From positions 1-48,466 of the forward strand of contig JANLOX010000242.1 in assembly GCA_031366795.1 (NCBI GenBank): a DNA stretch of 48,466 nt. The letters run 5' to 3'. The notes under the pieces are model-generated. The model was given only the letters and a program-made list of their open reading frames with translations. It did no database searches and was not told the DNA's origin. A program made the position numbers and the translations under genes. Source of the DNA: Candidatus Eiseniibacteriota bacterium. GTDB taxonomy: Bacteria; Eisenbacteria; RBG-16-71-46. Shown here piece after piece: positions 1 to 8,177 of the stretch; position 1 is the first letter of the stretch; the number at the start of each line of letters is the position of its first letter.

Positions 1-261
1 CAGCTTGCCCTCACGCACCAGCTTGCGCACCACCTCGGTCGGTACGTCCTGGATGTAGGACTTGCCGCTCATCAATTCCTTCACGCGCTTCTCGTTGATG
101 TCGAAGCCCGTCACCTGGAATCCGGCACTGGCGAGCTCGACCGCCAGCGGCAGGCCGACGTATCCCAACCCCACGACTCCGAGATGGGCTGTGTGACTCT
201 GGATCTTGCGAAGCAGGCGTTCGGCGGCGGCGGAACGCCGGACACGGGTCGTGCGGGGCAT
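1..261 (-). CDS. Nucleotide-sugar dehydrogenase (UDP-glucose/GDP-mannose dehydrogenase family, WecC/WbpA-like), 5' part only; runs off the window
   Basis: Manual translation from ATG at 261: MPRTTRVRRS...HLGVVGLGYVGLPLAVELASAGFQVTGFDINEKRVKELMSGKSYIQDV; GLGYVG Rossmann motif; not in the ORF track because it is open at the window edge. Confidence 0.9.
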   Translation of the reverse strand, partial: MPRTTRVRRSAAAERLLRKIQSHTAHLGVVGLGYVGLPLAVELASAGFQVTGFDINEKRVKELMSGKSYIQDVPTEVVRKLVREGKL

Positions 262-545
262 TGGCTAAGGGACCTGTCTTGAAGGGTTGAGCTTCGGTCA
301 TGCGCGGCACCCTGATTCAGGGCCCCACGGGGTGGCACGATTGTCCGACCACGTTATCGGTCGTTTGCCCCCCGGACTCCACGCCGTTAATGAGGGATCG
401 AGCGCAGCTGAAGGGCCCGCGGCACGGGGGAGCGGCAGGGCACAATCTACCGCGTCGGAGCCTCGCTGACGAACGACCCGCCGTCGGCCGCGGACGGACT
501 CGCTCACGCGCCCGCGGCGAAACACCCCCGCGCCCGCGAATTTGC

Positions 546-573
546 TTGAAGTGGCGTTGGAGTTTCGTAGACT
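546..573 (+). promoter_or_regulatory. Possible sigma70 promoter for the FAH/amidohydrolase operon
   Basis: TTGAAG (546-551), 16-nt spacer, TAGACT (568-573) in the divergent intergenic region. Confidence 0.3.
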
Positions 574-729
574 TACCCGCAGCGGAGTGAGGTTGCCTGT
601 TGGTTCCGTGCACCTGCCCCCGTGTCCGTGATTTTGCGAAGGGGTTTGCCCCTCGCTCATGGACTGTGGTGGCTCCCTCACGGTTGTAGACGGGGAACCT
701 CCTCTCTTTGATTCCCCTCGGAATCACAT

Positions 730-1521
730 ATGCCGCCGTCCAGAACCTACGCACGCATCCGGGCCGGTGAAGTCACGTGCTTCGCCGAACTGCTCGATGA
801 GCTGTGCGTCGAGCTCGATGCGGCGCCGTGGCTGAATGGCCGGCTCACGGGCCGGAGTTGGCGGCGTGACGCCGTGCGCTTCCTCGCGCCGGTCACGCCT
901 TCCAAGATCGTGTGCGTGGGTCTTAACTACCGCGAGCACATCGCCGAGAGCGTGGGCGTGCTCGGGGCCCTCGCCCCGCCGGCCGACCCGCTGCTGTTCC
1001 TCAAGCCCTCGAGCGCCATCGTCGGCCCGGGTGAGCCGATCCGCTACCCCAGGGGTGTCACGAGGCTCGACCCGGAAGCCGAACTCGGCGTGGTGATCGG
1101 CCGCGAGTTAAGGCGCGCGAGCGCTGCCGAGGCCGCTGAAGGAATCGCCGGGCTGACGGTGTTCAACGACGTGAGTGCGCGCAACTACCAGAAGAGCGAC
1201 GGCCAATGGACACGCGCCAAGGGCTTCGATACGTTCGCGCCGGTGGGGCCGGTGGTGGTCTGCGGGCTCGCGAGCGAACACCGCATCATCGAGCTCCGCG
1301 TCAACGGCGAGCTTCGCCAGCGCGGCGACACCGCGGACTTGATCGTGGCCGTGCCTGAATTGCTGCGTTATATCTCCGGCATCATGACGCTCTATCCCGG
1401 TGACCTGATCGCCACCGGAACACCCGCCGGCATCGCCCCGGTCTCGGTCGGGGACCAGATCTCGATTTCCATCGACGGCATCGGCACGCTCGACAATCCT
1501 GTCGCGGAGGATCACGACTGA
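730..1521 (+). CDS. Fumarylacetoacetate hydrolase family protein
   Basis: KIVCVGLNYREH, FLKPSS, EAELGVVIG, NDVSAR, AKGFDTFAPVGP and GDLIATGTPAG motifs. Confidence 0.93.
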   Translation: MPPSRTYARIRAGEVTCFAELLDELCVELDAAPWLNGRLTGRSWRRDAVRFLAPVTPSKIVCVGLNYREHIAESVGVLGALAPPADPLLFLKPSSAIVGPGEPIRYPRGVTRLDPEAELGVVIGRELRRASAAEAAEGIAGLTVFNDVSARNYQKSDGQWTRAKGFDTFAPVGPVVVCGLASEHRIIELRVNGELRQRGDTADLIVAVPELLRYISGIMTLYPGDLIATGTPAGIAPVSVGDQISISIDGIGTLDNPVAEDHD

Positions 1522-3110
1522 CCCCACACGCGGAACTGCTGGTGCGAAGGGCGAAGCTGTGGACCGATGGGGCGACGGTCGCCGGAGCGGATGCGCTCGC
1601 GATCGCCTACGGCAGGATCGTGGCACTCGGCCGGGAGGCGGAGCTCGCGGGCTTCGTGGGGCCCTCGACGCGCGTCTGGGATGCCGCGGGTGCGAGCGTC
1701 ACGCCGGGACTGGTCGATGCCCACCTGCACCTGATCCAGTGGGCGCGCTCGCTCAGCGAGGTCGACCTGTTCGGCGCCGCGAGTCCCGCCGAGGTGGTGG
1801 CGCGCGTGGCGGCCTTCATGGCGGTGACGCCGGGCGATGCCCCGATCGTCGGGCGCGGGTTCGATCCGAATGCGTGGTCCACCGCACCGGAGCGCGCAGC
1901 ACTCGATGCCCTGGGGCTGACCCGACCCGTGCTGCTCCACAGCAAGGACTTCCATGCGCTGTGGGTCAACGGCGCAGCACTGCGTGCCTGCGGCATCACG
2001 CGCGACACGCCCGATCCGAGTGGCGGAAGGATCGTGCGCGATGGCGCGGGCGAGGCCACCGGCCTGCTGATGGAGCACGCGGTGAGGCTGTGCGCGCGAC
2101 TGTTACCTGCTGGGCACGCCGGCGATGCGGCCGCCGTCAGGCGAGCCCTGCCGCAGTTGCATGCGCGCGGCGTGACGGGCGTGCACGACTTCGAGGGCCG
2201 CGAGGCGTCGCGCGTGCTGCGCGAGGTGTGCGCCGCAGAGCCCACGCCATTGCGCGTGCTGATGCATCTGGCGCACTCGGGGCTCGATGCGGCGATCGAT
2301 CTCGGGCTCACGAGCGGCGTGGGCGACGACGTGTTTCGCATCGGCGCCGTCAAGTTGTTCGCCGACGGTACGCTCGGTTCGCGCACCGCGGCGATGCTCG
2401 AACCTTACGAGAACGGCGATGGGACAGGCATGGACCTGATGAGCCCCGCCGAGTTGCGCGATACGGTCGAGCGCGCGAGCGACGCCGGGATCTCGATCGC
2501 CATTCATGCCATCGGCGACCGCGCGGTGCGCTCCTGCCTCGATGCCTTCGAGGCCGCCGGGCCCGCGCTCTCGCGGCTGGCGCTGCCGCCGCGCATCGAA
2601 CATCTCCAGTTGGTCGATCCGGGCGACATGCCGCGCCTGGCGAGGCTCGGTGTCGCCGCCAGCATGCAGCCCTCGCACGCGCTCACCGACGCCCGGCTCG
2701 CCGCCGAGCAGTGGGGGGCGCGCGTGGCGTATTCCTATCCCTGGCGCGCCTTGCTGGATTGCGGCGCGCTGCTGGCATTCGGTTCCGATGCGCCGGTCGA
2801 GCCGCCGGATGCGCCGCTCGGCCTGTGCGCCGCGGTGACGCGGCAGGGCCCCGGGCTCGATGCCCCGTTCACGCCGCACCAGCGCGTGTCGCTCGATGCG
2901 GCGCTCTCGGCCTACACGCAGGGTGCCGCACGGCTTGCCGGAACGTGGCCGCGGGTGGGCACGCTGCGTCCCGGGGCCGCGGCCGACGTGGTGGTGTGGA
3001 GCAGGGATCTACATTCCGCTGACCCCCTGGAGCTTGCCCAAACGACCCCTGCTGCCACTATCCTTGCAGGAGAAGTATTGTGGTCCGCCACGGGTGGGCC
3101 CGCCAGCTGA
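1518..3110 (+). CDS. Metal-dependent amidohydrolase (amidohydro_3/YtcJ-like); start CTG 1518 or GTG 1542
   Basis: PGLVDAHLH, KLFADGTLGSRTA, HAIGDRA, RIEH and FGSDAPVE motifs; GGAGG at 1506-1510. Confidence 0.9.
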   Translation: MTPHAELLVRRAKLWTDGATVAGADALAIAYGRIVALGREAELAGFVGPSTRVWDAAGASVTPGLVDAHLHLIQWARSLSEVDLFGAASPAEVVARVAAFMAVTPGDAPIVGRGFDPNAWSTAPERAALDALGLTRPVLLHSKDFHALWVNGAALRACGITRDTPDPSGGRIVRDGAGEATGLLMEHAVRLCARLLPAGHAGDAAAVRRALPQLHARGVTGVHDFEGREASRVLREVCAAEPTPLRVLMHLAHSGLDAAIDLGLTSGVGDDVFRIGAVKLFADGTLGSRTAAMLEPYENGDGTGMDLMSPAELRDTVERASDAGISIAIHAIGDRAVRSCLDAFEAAGPALSRLALPPRIEHLQLVDPGDMPRLARLGVAASMQPSHALTDARLAAEQWGARVAYSYPWRALLDCGALLAFGSDAPVEPPDAPLGLCAAVTRQGPGLDAPFTPHQRVSLDAALSAYTQGAARLAGTWPRVGTLRPGAAADVVVWSRDLHSADPLELAQTTPAATILAGEVLWSATGGPAS

Positions 3111-3135
3111 GGCCAAAGGTGCCAGGAGAGCCGCG

Positions 3136-3753
3136 ATGACGACGCTGCAGGTGAAGGACCGGGGTGACGCCGAGCTGGTGCAACTGGCTCAAGGCGGGGA
3201 TACCCGTGCCTTCGACGAACTCGTGCGACGTTACAAGGACAGGGTCTACCGCTTGTCCTACAAAATCCTGCGTCACGAAGAGGACGCGGCCGAGGCGCTG
3301 CAGGACGCATTCCTGTCGGCCTATCGCGGGCTCAAGAACTTCAAGGCGGAGTCCACGTTCTCGACGTGGCTCTATCGCATCGCCACCAACGCCAGCCTGA
3401 TGAAGTACCGCAAGCGCCGCGAGGGCCACGTCTCGCTCGAGCAGTCGCAGTCGAGTGATGGGGGCGCCGAACCGATGCAGATCCCGGACTGGACCCAACA
3501 GCCGCTCACCGAGTTGCTGACCAGCGAGACGCGTGAAGTGATGGGCGAGGGTATCGAGAAGCTACCCGAGGAGTTGCGCACCGTGTTCGTCCTGCGCGAC
3601 GTCGAAGGACTATCGAACGCCGAAGTCGCCGAGGTGCTGAACCTGTCGGTCGCCGCGGTCAAGTCGCGACTCCATCGCGCGCGCATCGCCCTGCGCGACC
3701 GGCTGAACCGCTACTTCGCCGACCGCCTGACGCGCCGCGACGGCGGGCACTGA
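3136..3753 (+). CDS. ECF-type sigma-70 RNA polymerase sigma factor
   Basis: DAELVQLAQGGDTRAFDELV, DAAEALQDAFLSAY, FSTWLYRIATN, LPEELRTVFVLRDVEGLSNAEVA...VKSRLHRAR; AGGAG RBS at 3124-3128. Confidence 0.93.
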   Translation: MTTLQVKDRGDAELVQLAQGGDTRAFDELVRRYKDRVYRLSYKILRHEEDAAEALQDAFLSAYRGLKNFKAESTFSTWLYRIATNASLMKYRKRREGHVSLEQSQSSDGGAEPMQIPDWTQQPLTELLTSETREVMGEGIEKLPEELRTVFVLRDVEGLSNAEVAEVLNLSVAAVKSRLHRARIALRDRLNRYFADRLTRRDGGH

Positions 3754-4551
3754 GTCATGCGCGTGCGCCCACACGTGGGCGACGATGACTAGCGCCACCA
3801 GCACGCGGTAGACGAAGAACGTCCCGAAGCCCGCGCGCCCCAGCCAGCGCAGTAGCGCGCCGATCACCAGCCAGCCGACGAGCGCCGCCGAGATGACGCC
3901 GGCGGCGATGATGGTGGGTGAGAGCGTAGGCTCGATGTTCTTGATCTCGAGCAGCCCGGCTCCCAGCGTGATCGGCGTGGCGAGCAGGAACGAGAAGCGC
4001 GCCGCCGAGACGCGGTGTTCACCCATCGCGCGGCCGGCCGTGATGGTGACGCCCGAGCGCGAGACGCCGGGCACCAGCGCCAGCGATTGCGCCAACCCCA
4101 TGGCAATGCTCGCGCCCCAGCCAGGGATCACGCCGGCGATGCCCTGTGGGCGCACCCTGTCGACCCACCACAGCAGGAAGCCGAAGATCACCAGCATGGC
4201 AGCCTGCAGCGGCAGGAAACGCAACCACGATTCGGCGGCGTGGCGCAGCAGCAACCCCGCGATCACCGCGGGCACCGAGCCCACGATCAGCTTGGCCCAG
4301 GTGGAGCGCGCTTCGCTGCGCACCGCTGGATTGGCGGCGAAGGCGTCGCGCGCGAGTGCCAGCCAGGTTCCGCCAAAGGCGATGAGCAGCGCGATCAGGG
4401 TGCCCCAGTGGAGCGCCACGTCGAAGCCGAGCCCCGCGTAGTGCCAGCCAAGCAGCTTCGGGACGATGTAGAGGTGGGCGCTACTGGAGACGGGGAGGAA
4501 TTCGGTGACGCCCTGCACGGCGCCGAGCACGATGGCCTGGAAGATATTCAT
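3610..4551 (-). CDS. uppP: Undecaprenyl-diphosphate phosphatase (BacA/UppP)
   Basis: LGAVQGVTEFLPVSSSAHL, PGVSRSGVTI and AARFSFLLATP motifs; C-terminus reads 144 nt into the convergent sigma gene. Confidence 0.92.
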   Translation of the reverse strand: MNIFQAIVLGAVQGVTEFLPVSSSAHLYIVPKLLGWHYAGLGFDVALHWGTLIALLIAFGGTWLALARDAFAANPAVRSEARSTWAKLIVGSVPAVIAGLLLRHAAESWLRFLPLQAAMLVIFGFLLWWVDRVRPQGIAGVIPGWGASIAMGLAQSLALVPGVSRSGVTITAGRAMGEHRVSAARFSFLLATPITLGAGLLEIKNIEPTLSPTIIAAGVISAALVGWLVIGALLRWLGRAGFGTFFVYRVLVALVIVAHVWAHAHDSVPAVAARQAVGEVAVQPVAQGDARAMESRLDRGDRQVQHLGDFGVR

Positions 4552-4586
4552 GGCGGCGCACGCTAGCACGCGGGGGAAACGCGCGT

Positions 4587-5516
4587 CTATGCGTCGTGCT
4601 CCACTTCAGAGCGCGCGTCGTTGCGGGGCCAGATGAGCGAGGCGATCGTGCTGATGGCGAGTGTCCCGCCCAGCACGGCGAAGGTCACCTCGGGCGGGAC
4701 GTGCACCCAGTGCGAGATGAGCATCTTGACGCCAATGAACACGAGGATGGCGGAGAGGCCAAAGTGCAGGAGGTGGAACAACTCGAGCAATCGGGCGAGG
4801 GCGAAGAACAGTGAGCGCAGCCCGAGGATCGCGAAGGCGTTCGAGGTGAACACGATGAACGGATCGCGGCTGATGCCGAGGACGGCAGGGATCGAATCCA
4901 CCGCGAACACGAGGTCCGCGGTCTCGACCGTCAGCAGCACGATGAACAACGGCGTGGCGAAGCGTTGCCCCGCGCGCAGCAGGAAGAAGCGGTCCCCTTC
5001 GAAGTCCTGCGTGACCGGCATGAGGCGGCGGAACAACCGCAGCACGATACTGCCTTCGGGGTGGACTTCCGGGCCGCCCCCGCGCGCCATGCGGACGCCC
5101 GAGTAGACGAGGATCGCCCCGAACACATAGATCAGCCATTCGAATCGCGCCAGCAGCGAAACACCCGCGAGGATGAAGGCGAAGCGCAACACCAGTGCGC
5201 CGAGGATGCCCCAGAACAGCACCTTGTGCTGCAGCCCGCTGGGCACACGGAAGTGGGCGAACAGCAACAGGAACACGAACAGGTTGTCGACGCTCAACGA
5301 TTCCTCGACGAGGTAGGCCGTCAGGAACTCAAGCCCCGCGTGATGACCGCGCGTGAACCACACGCCGGCCGCGAAGGCGAGGGCGAGACCGATCCAGATG
5401 GCGCTCCACGTGAGCGCCTCGCGCATGCCGACGTCGTGGCTGCGGCGCCGCACGACGAACAGGTCGATCGCCAGCACTCCGGCAATCAGCACGAAAAAGA
5501 TCGTCCAGCCGATCAC
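4587..5516 (-). CDS. TerC/Alx family membrane protein (metal, likely Mn2+, homeostasis)
   Basis: EESLSVDNLFVF, QHKVLFWGILGALVLR, DLVFAVDSIPA and SNAFAILGLRSLFF motifs; GTG start. Confidence 0.92.
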   Translation of the reverse strand: MIGWTIFFVLIAGVLAIDLFVVRRRSHDVGMREALTWSAIWIGLALAFAAGVWFTRGHHAGLEFLTAYLVEESLSVDNLFVFLLLFAHFRVPSGLQHKVLFWGILGALVLRFAFILAGVSLLARFEWLIYVFGAILVYSGVRMARGGGPEVHPEGSIVLRLFRRLMPVTQDFEGDRFFLLRAGQRFATPLFIVLLTVETADLVFAVDSIPAVLGISRDPFIVFTSNAFAILGLRSLFFALARLLELFHLLHFGLSAILVFIGVKMLISHWVHVPPEVTFAVLGGTLAISTIASLIWPRNDARSEVEHDA

Positions 5517-5546
5517 GGTCCTGGCCTCTGTTTCGAAACGTGGTTC

Positions 5547-5693
5547 GCGGGCCGATCGCGGGCCTTGGGTCGACTGCGGTCCCGCTGCATCCCAGTGTGG
5601 CTTGGCCCGCCGGGGGCACCCTGAGTGTCACCGGCGCGGCGATAGTGTCCAACGATGCGGCCCCGGTCAAGACCCACCGGCCGTACAACCCGC
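5547..5693. ncRNA. Candidate structured RNA (rod with central 13x13 internal loop; 6S-RNA-like, or cis-regulatory leader of the TerC gene)
   Basis: Nested complementary arms on +: GCGGG 5547/CCCGC 5689, GGCC 5561/5679, TGGGTC 5566/GACCCA 5671, GACTG 5572/CGGTC 5664, GCTGCATC 5584/GATGCGGC 5654, CGCCGG 5608/CCGGCG 5631, GGCAC 5615/GTGTC 5625. Confidence 0.4.
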
Positions 5694-5828
5694 ACTCCCG
5701 GTATGAGTTTGCGCGCGGTTGACCCCGCTGTGGGCTCTGCCTACGATGCCCCTCCCAATGACCGATCCCATGCTTCGGCAACTGCCCGTCCACGCGCCCG
5801 CCATGGCGCCGTTTTCCGGCTGCCGGCG

Positions 5829-7454
5829 ATGTTGCGCGTGAGCCCGGAACTGCTCGTTCGCGAGCGTGTCGTAGGCCGCCCTGACTCAGGCACCGAACGG
5901 CTCTACGATTCGCTCGTCGACGATCTCGTGCGCGGCGGGGAACACTCGCGGCAACGCTTCGACGTCCGCTGGCCGGACACCGCGGGGCTCACCGAACTCG
6001 CACGCGCCAAGCAGCGGGCGCTGCCTGCGGCACTGGGCGGTGCGATGAAGCGCTGGCACCAGGCGCGCGGCGCCACGGCGGAGTCGCTTTCCAATCTCGA
6101 TCTGCTGGTGCGCGGTGAAGCGGTGTGTGTCGTCGCCGGCCAGCAGCCCGCACCGCTGGGTGGCCCCCTGTACTCGCTGGAGAAGACGGCGAGTGCGGTG
6201 GGCTTCGCTGAAGCCTTTACACGACGCACCGGCATCCCGTGCGTGCCGTTGTTCTGGATGCATGGCGAGGACTCGGACTTCACCGAGATCCGCGGAGCCA
6301 CCTGTGCCACCCGCGGGCTCGAGTTGCGCGATGTCGCCATCGCAGCTGCCGCGCATCGCGAGGGTGGGCTGGTCGGTCAGATTCCGGTTGCAGCACTCGC
6401 TGCCGCGGAAGCGGAGGCAATGCCGGCATGGGAGGGACTCGCCGGCGCGGAGGATGCGCGCAAGCTGTTGCTCGGGGCGACCGGTTGTTCAAGCGACCTG
6501 GGTGAGGCCGCGGGGGCGCTGGTGCTGGCGCTGTTCGGCGCCCGCGGTCTGGTGGTCGCCGATCCGCGCTTGCCCGAGTTCCGCGACGCGGCGCGGGGCA
6601 TCATCGATCGCTACCTGACCCAGGCCGATGCGTTGTCCGGCGCGGCGCGCGCCGCGGGTGCCAGGATCGAAGCTGCCACCGGCCGCCGTCCACTCGGGGA
6701 TGCCTCGCTCGACTCATTCGTGTTCGCGATTCGCGACGGCGCCCGCCAGAAGATCTCGGCCGCCGATGCGCGCACGGCAGGAGCTTCGCTCACCTTGAGC
6801 CCCAGCGTGGCGTTGCGACCCGCCGTGCAGGACGGCGTGTTCCCCACGGTCGTGATGGCCTGTGGTGGCGCCGAGATCGCGTACCTCGGGCAATTGCGCG
6901 AAGTGTTTGACGGTGTCGGCGTGCGCGGCGCCTGCCCGGTGCCGCGGTTGACCGCGACGTGGTTGCCGCCGGCCGCGCGTGAACTCATCGAGGCCGCGGG
7001 GGTTGAAGCGTGGGATCTCGTCACCGGCTCGGATCGCGTGGTGCGGGAGATGGCGGAGCGTTCGGTACCCGCGGCGTTGCGTGAGGAATTCGAGGCGGTG
7101 CGCCGCGGCACGTTCGAAGCACTCGAGCGTTGCTCGTCTTCGTCGACGCAGGTGGACCCGAGCCTGCCGCAACTCGTCGAATCGGTGCGCGGCAAGATCG
7201 ACTTCCAGTTCGCGCGCCTGAGCGAGACGCTCACCGGCAAGGTGCGCCACCGCTTCGATCGCCAGCACCCAGAATGGTCGCGGCTGCGCTACTACCTGCT
7301 GCCCGGCGGCAAACTGCAGGAGCGGCGGCTGTGCTCGATGGAGCCCATCGCCTACAAGGGTGCATCCGTGGTCCATGCGCTGTGCGATCTCGCCGCCGAG
7401 CAGGCGATGCGCCTGGCCGATGGCGTTCACGACCACCTGTTGCTGGATCTCTAG
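5829..7454 (+). CDS. bshC: Bacillithiol biosynthesis cysteine-adding enzyme BshC (start ATG 5829 or GTG 5838)
   Basis: VVAGQQ...GGPLYSLEK, VPLFWMHGEDSDFTEI, SPSVALRPAVQD, GGAEIAYLGQL and PGGKLQER motifs; adjacent to bshB1/bshA. Confidence 0.88.
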   Translation: MLRVSPELLVRERVVGRPDSGTERLYDSLVDDLVRGGEHSRQRFDVRWPDTAGLTELARAKQRALPAALGGAMKRWHQARGATAESLSNLDLLVRGEAVCVVAGQQPAPLGGPLYSLEKTASAVGFAEAFTRRTGIPCVPLFWMHGEDSDFTEIRGATCATRGLELRDVAIAAAAHREGGLVGQIPVAALAAAEAEAMPAWEGLAGAEDARKLLLGATGCSSDLGEAAGALVLALFGARGLVVADPRLPEFRDAARGIIDRYLTQADALSGAARAAGARIEAATGRRPLGDASLDSFVFAIRDGARQKISAADARTAGASLTLSPSVALRPAVQDGVFPTVVMACGGAEIAYLGQLREVFDGVGVRGACPVPRLTATWLPPAARELIEAAGVEAWDLVTGSDRVVREMAERSVPAALREEFEAVRRGTFEALERCSSSSTQVDPSLPQLVESVRGKIDFQFARLSETLTGKVRHRFDRQHPEWSRLRYYLLPGGKLQERRLCSMEPIAYKGASVVHALCDLAAEQAMRLADGVHDHLLLDL

Positions 7455-7457
7455 CCG

Positions 7458-8177
7458 ATGGACGCGCTGTTCTTCGGAGCGCACCCGGATGATGTCGAGC
7501 TGACCTCCGCCGGGCTGGCCGCGACGCTCGCGGCGTCCGGTTATGCGGTGGCGATCGTGGATCTCACGCGCGGCGAGGCGGCCAGCCGCGGCACCGTCGC
7601 CGAGCGCGCGACCGAAGCGGAGGCCGCACGGCGAGAACTGGGCGTGGCAGTGCGCGAGAACCTCGAGCTCCCGGACTTGGGTCTCAATCGCACCGATCGC
7701 GCGCAACTCGCGGCGGTCGTGCGCTGCATCCGCCAACACCAGCCTGTGCTCGTCGTGGCGCCGCATGCCGACGACGCGCATCCCGATCATGTGGAAGCCT
7801 CGGCGCTGATCGCCAGCGCCTGCTACCTCTCTGGGCTCGCGCGCTACGGCGAGGGCGCTCATCGCCACCGCCCCGCGCGCCTGCTGCACGCGCTCTATCG
7901 CAGCAGCGAGCCGCCGCGGCTCGTGGTCGATGTGAGCAGTGTATGGGAGCGCCGCACGCGCGCGCTCGAATGCCACCGCAGCCAGCTCGATCCCCAGCGC
8001 GGGCCGCAAACGTATCTCACGCAGCCCGGCTTTCTCGCCGAAGTCGAGGGCCGGGCGCGTGCGTGGGGCGCCTTGATCGGCGTCTCGCATGGTGAAGCCT
8101 ACGCCGGCCGGGGGCCGTTGGGCGTGTTCGATGCGCGCGCGTTGATCGACAGGCCGAAACTCGAGGAGTCCCGCTGA
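7458..8177 (+). CDS. bshB1: Bacillithiol biosynthesis deacetylase BshB1 (PIG-L family)
   Basis: AHPDDVEL, DLTRGEAASRGT, HPDH and HRSQ motifs; operon context. Confidence 0.88.
   Translation: MDALFFGAHPDDVELTSAGLAATLAASGYAVAIVDLTRGEAASRGTVAERATEAEAARRELGVAVRENLELPDLGLNRTDRAQLAAVVRCIRQHQPVLVVAPHADDAHPDHVEASALIASACYLSGLARYGEGAHRHRPARLLHALYRSSEPPRLVVDVSSVWERRTRALECHRSQLDPQRGPQTYLTQPGFLAEVEGRARAWGALIGVSHGEAYAGRGPLGVFDARALIDRPKLEESR

Noticed and set aside
333..348. Sigma54 promoter (TGGCACG...)
   Set aside because: The -12 TTGC element is absent at the required spacing.
2860..3135. Long N-terminal extensions in the ORF track (sigma 2860, bshC 5655, thrC 13474, GT-C 32708, aminopeptidase 42839)
   Set aside because: They overlap neighbouring genes or regulatory DNA; downstream starts have SD or coupling signals or match family N-termini.
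5517..5710. Canonical yybP-ykoY riboswitch, cobalamin riboswitch or tRNA-Sec upstream of the TerC gene
   Set aside because: Only fragments resemble them (GGGAGTG, TGCCCCCG, CACTCCCG); no full conserved core, T-loop or anticodon arm. Kept only as an unclassified structured RNA.
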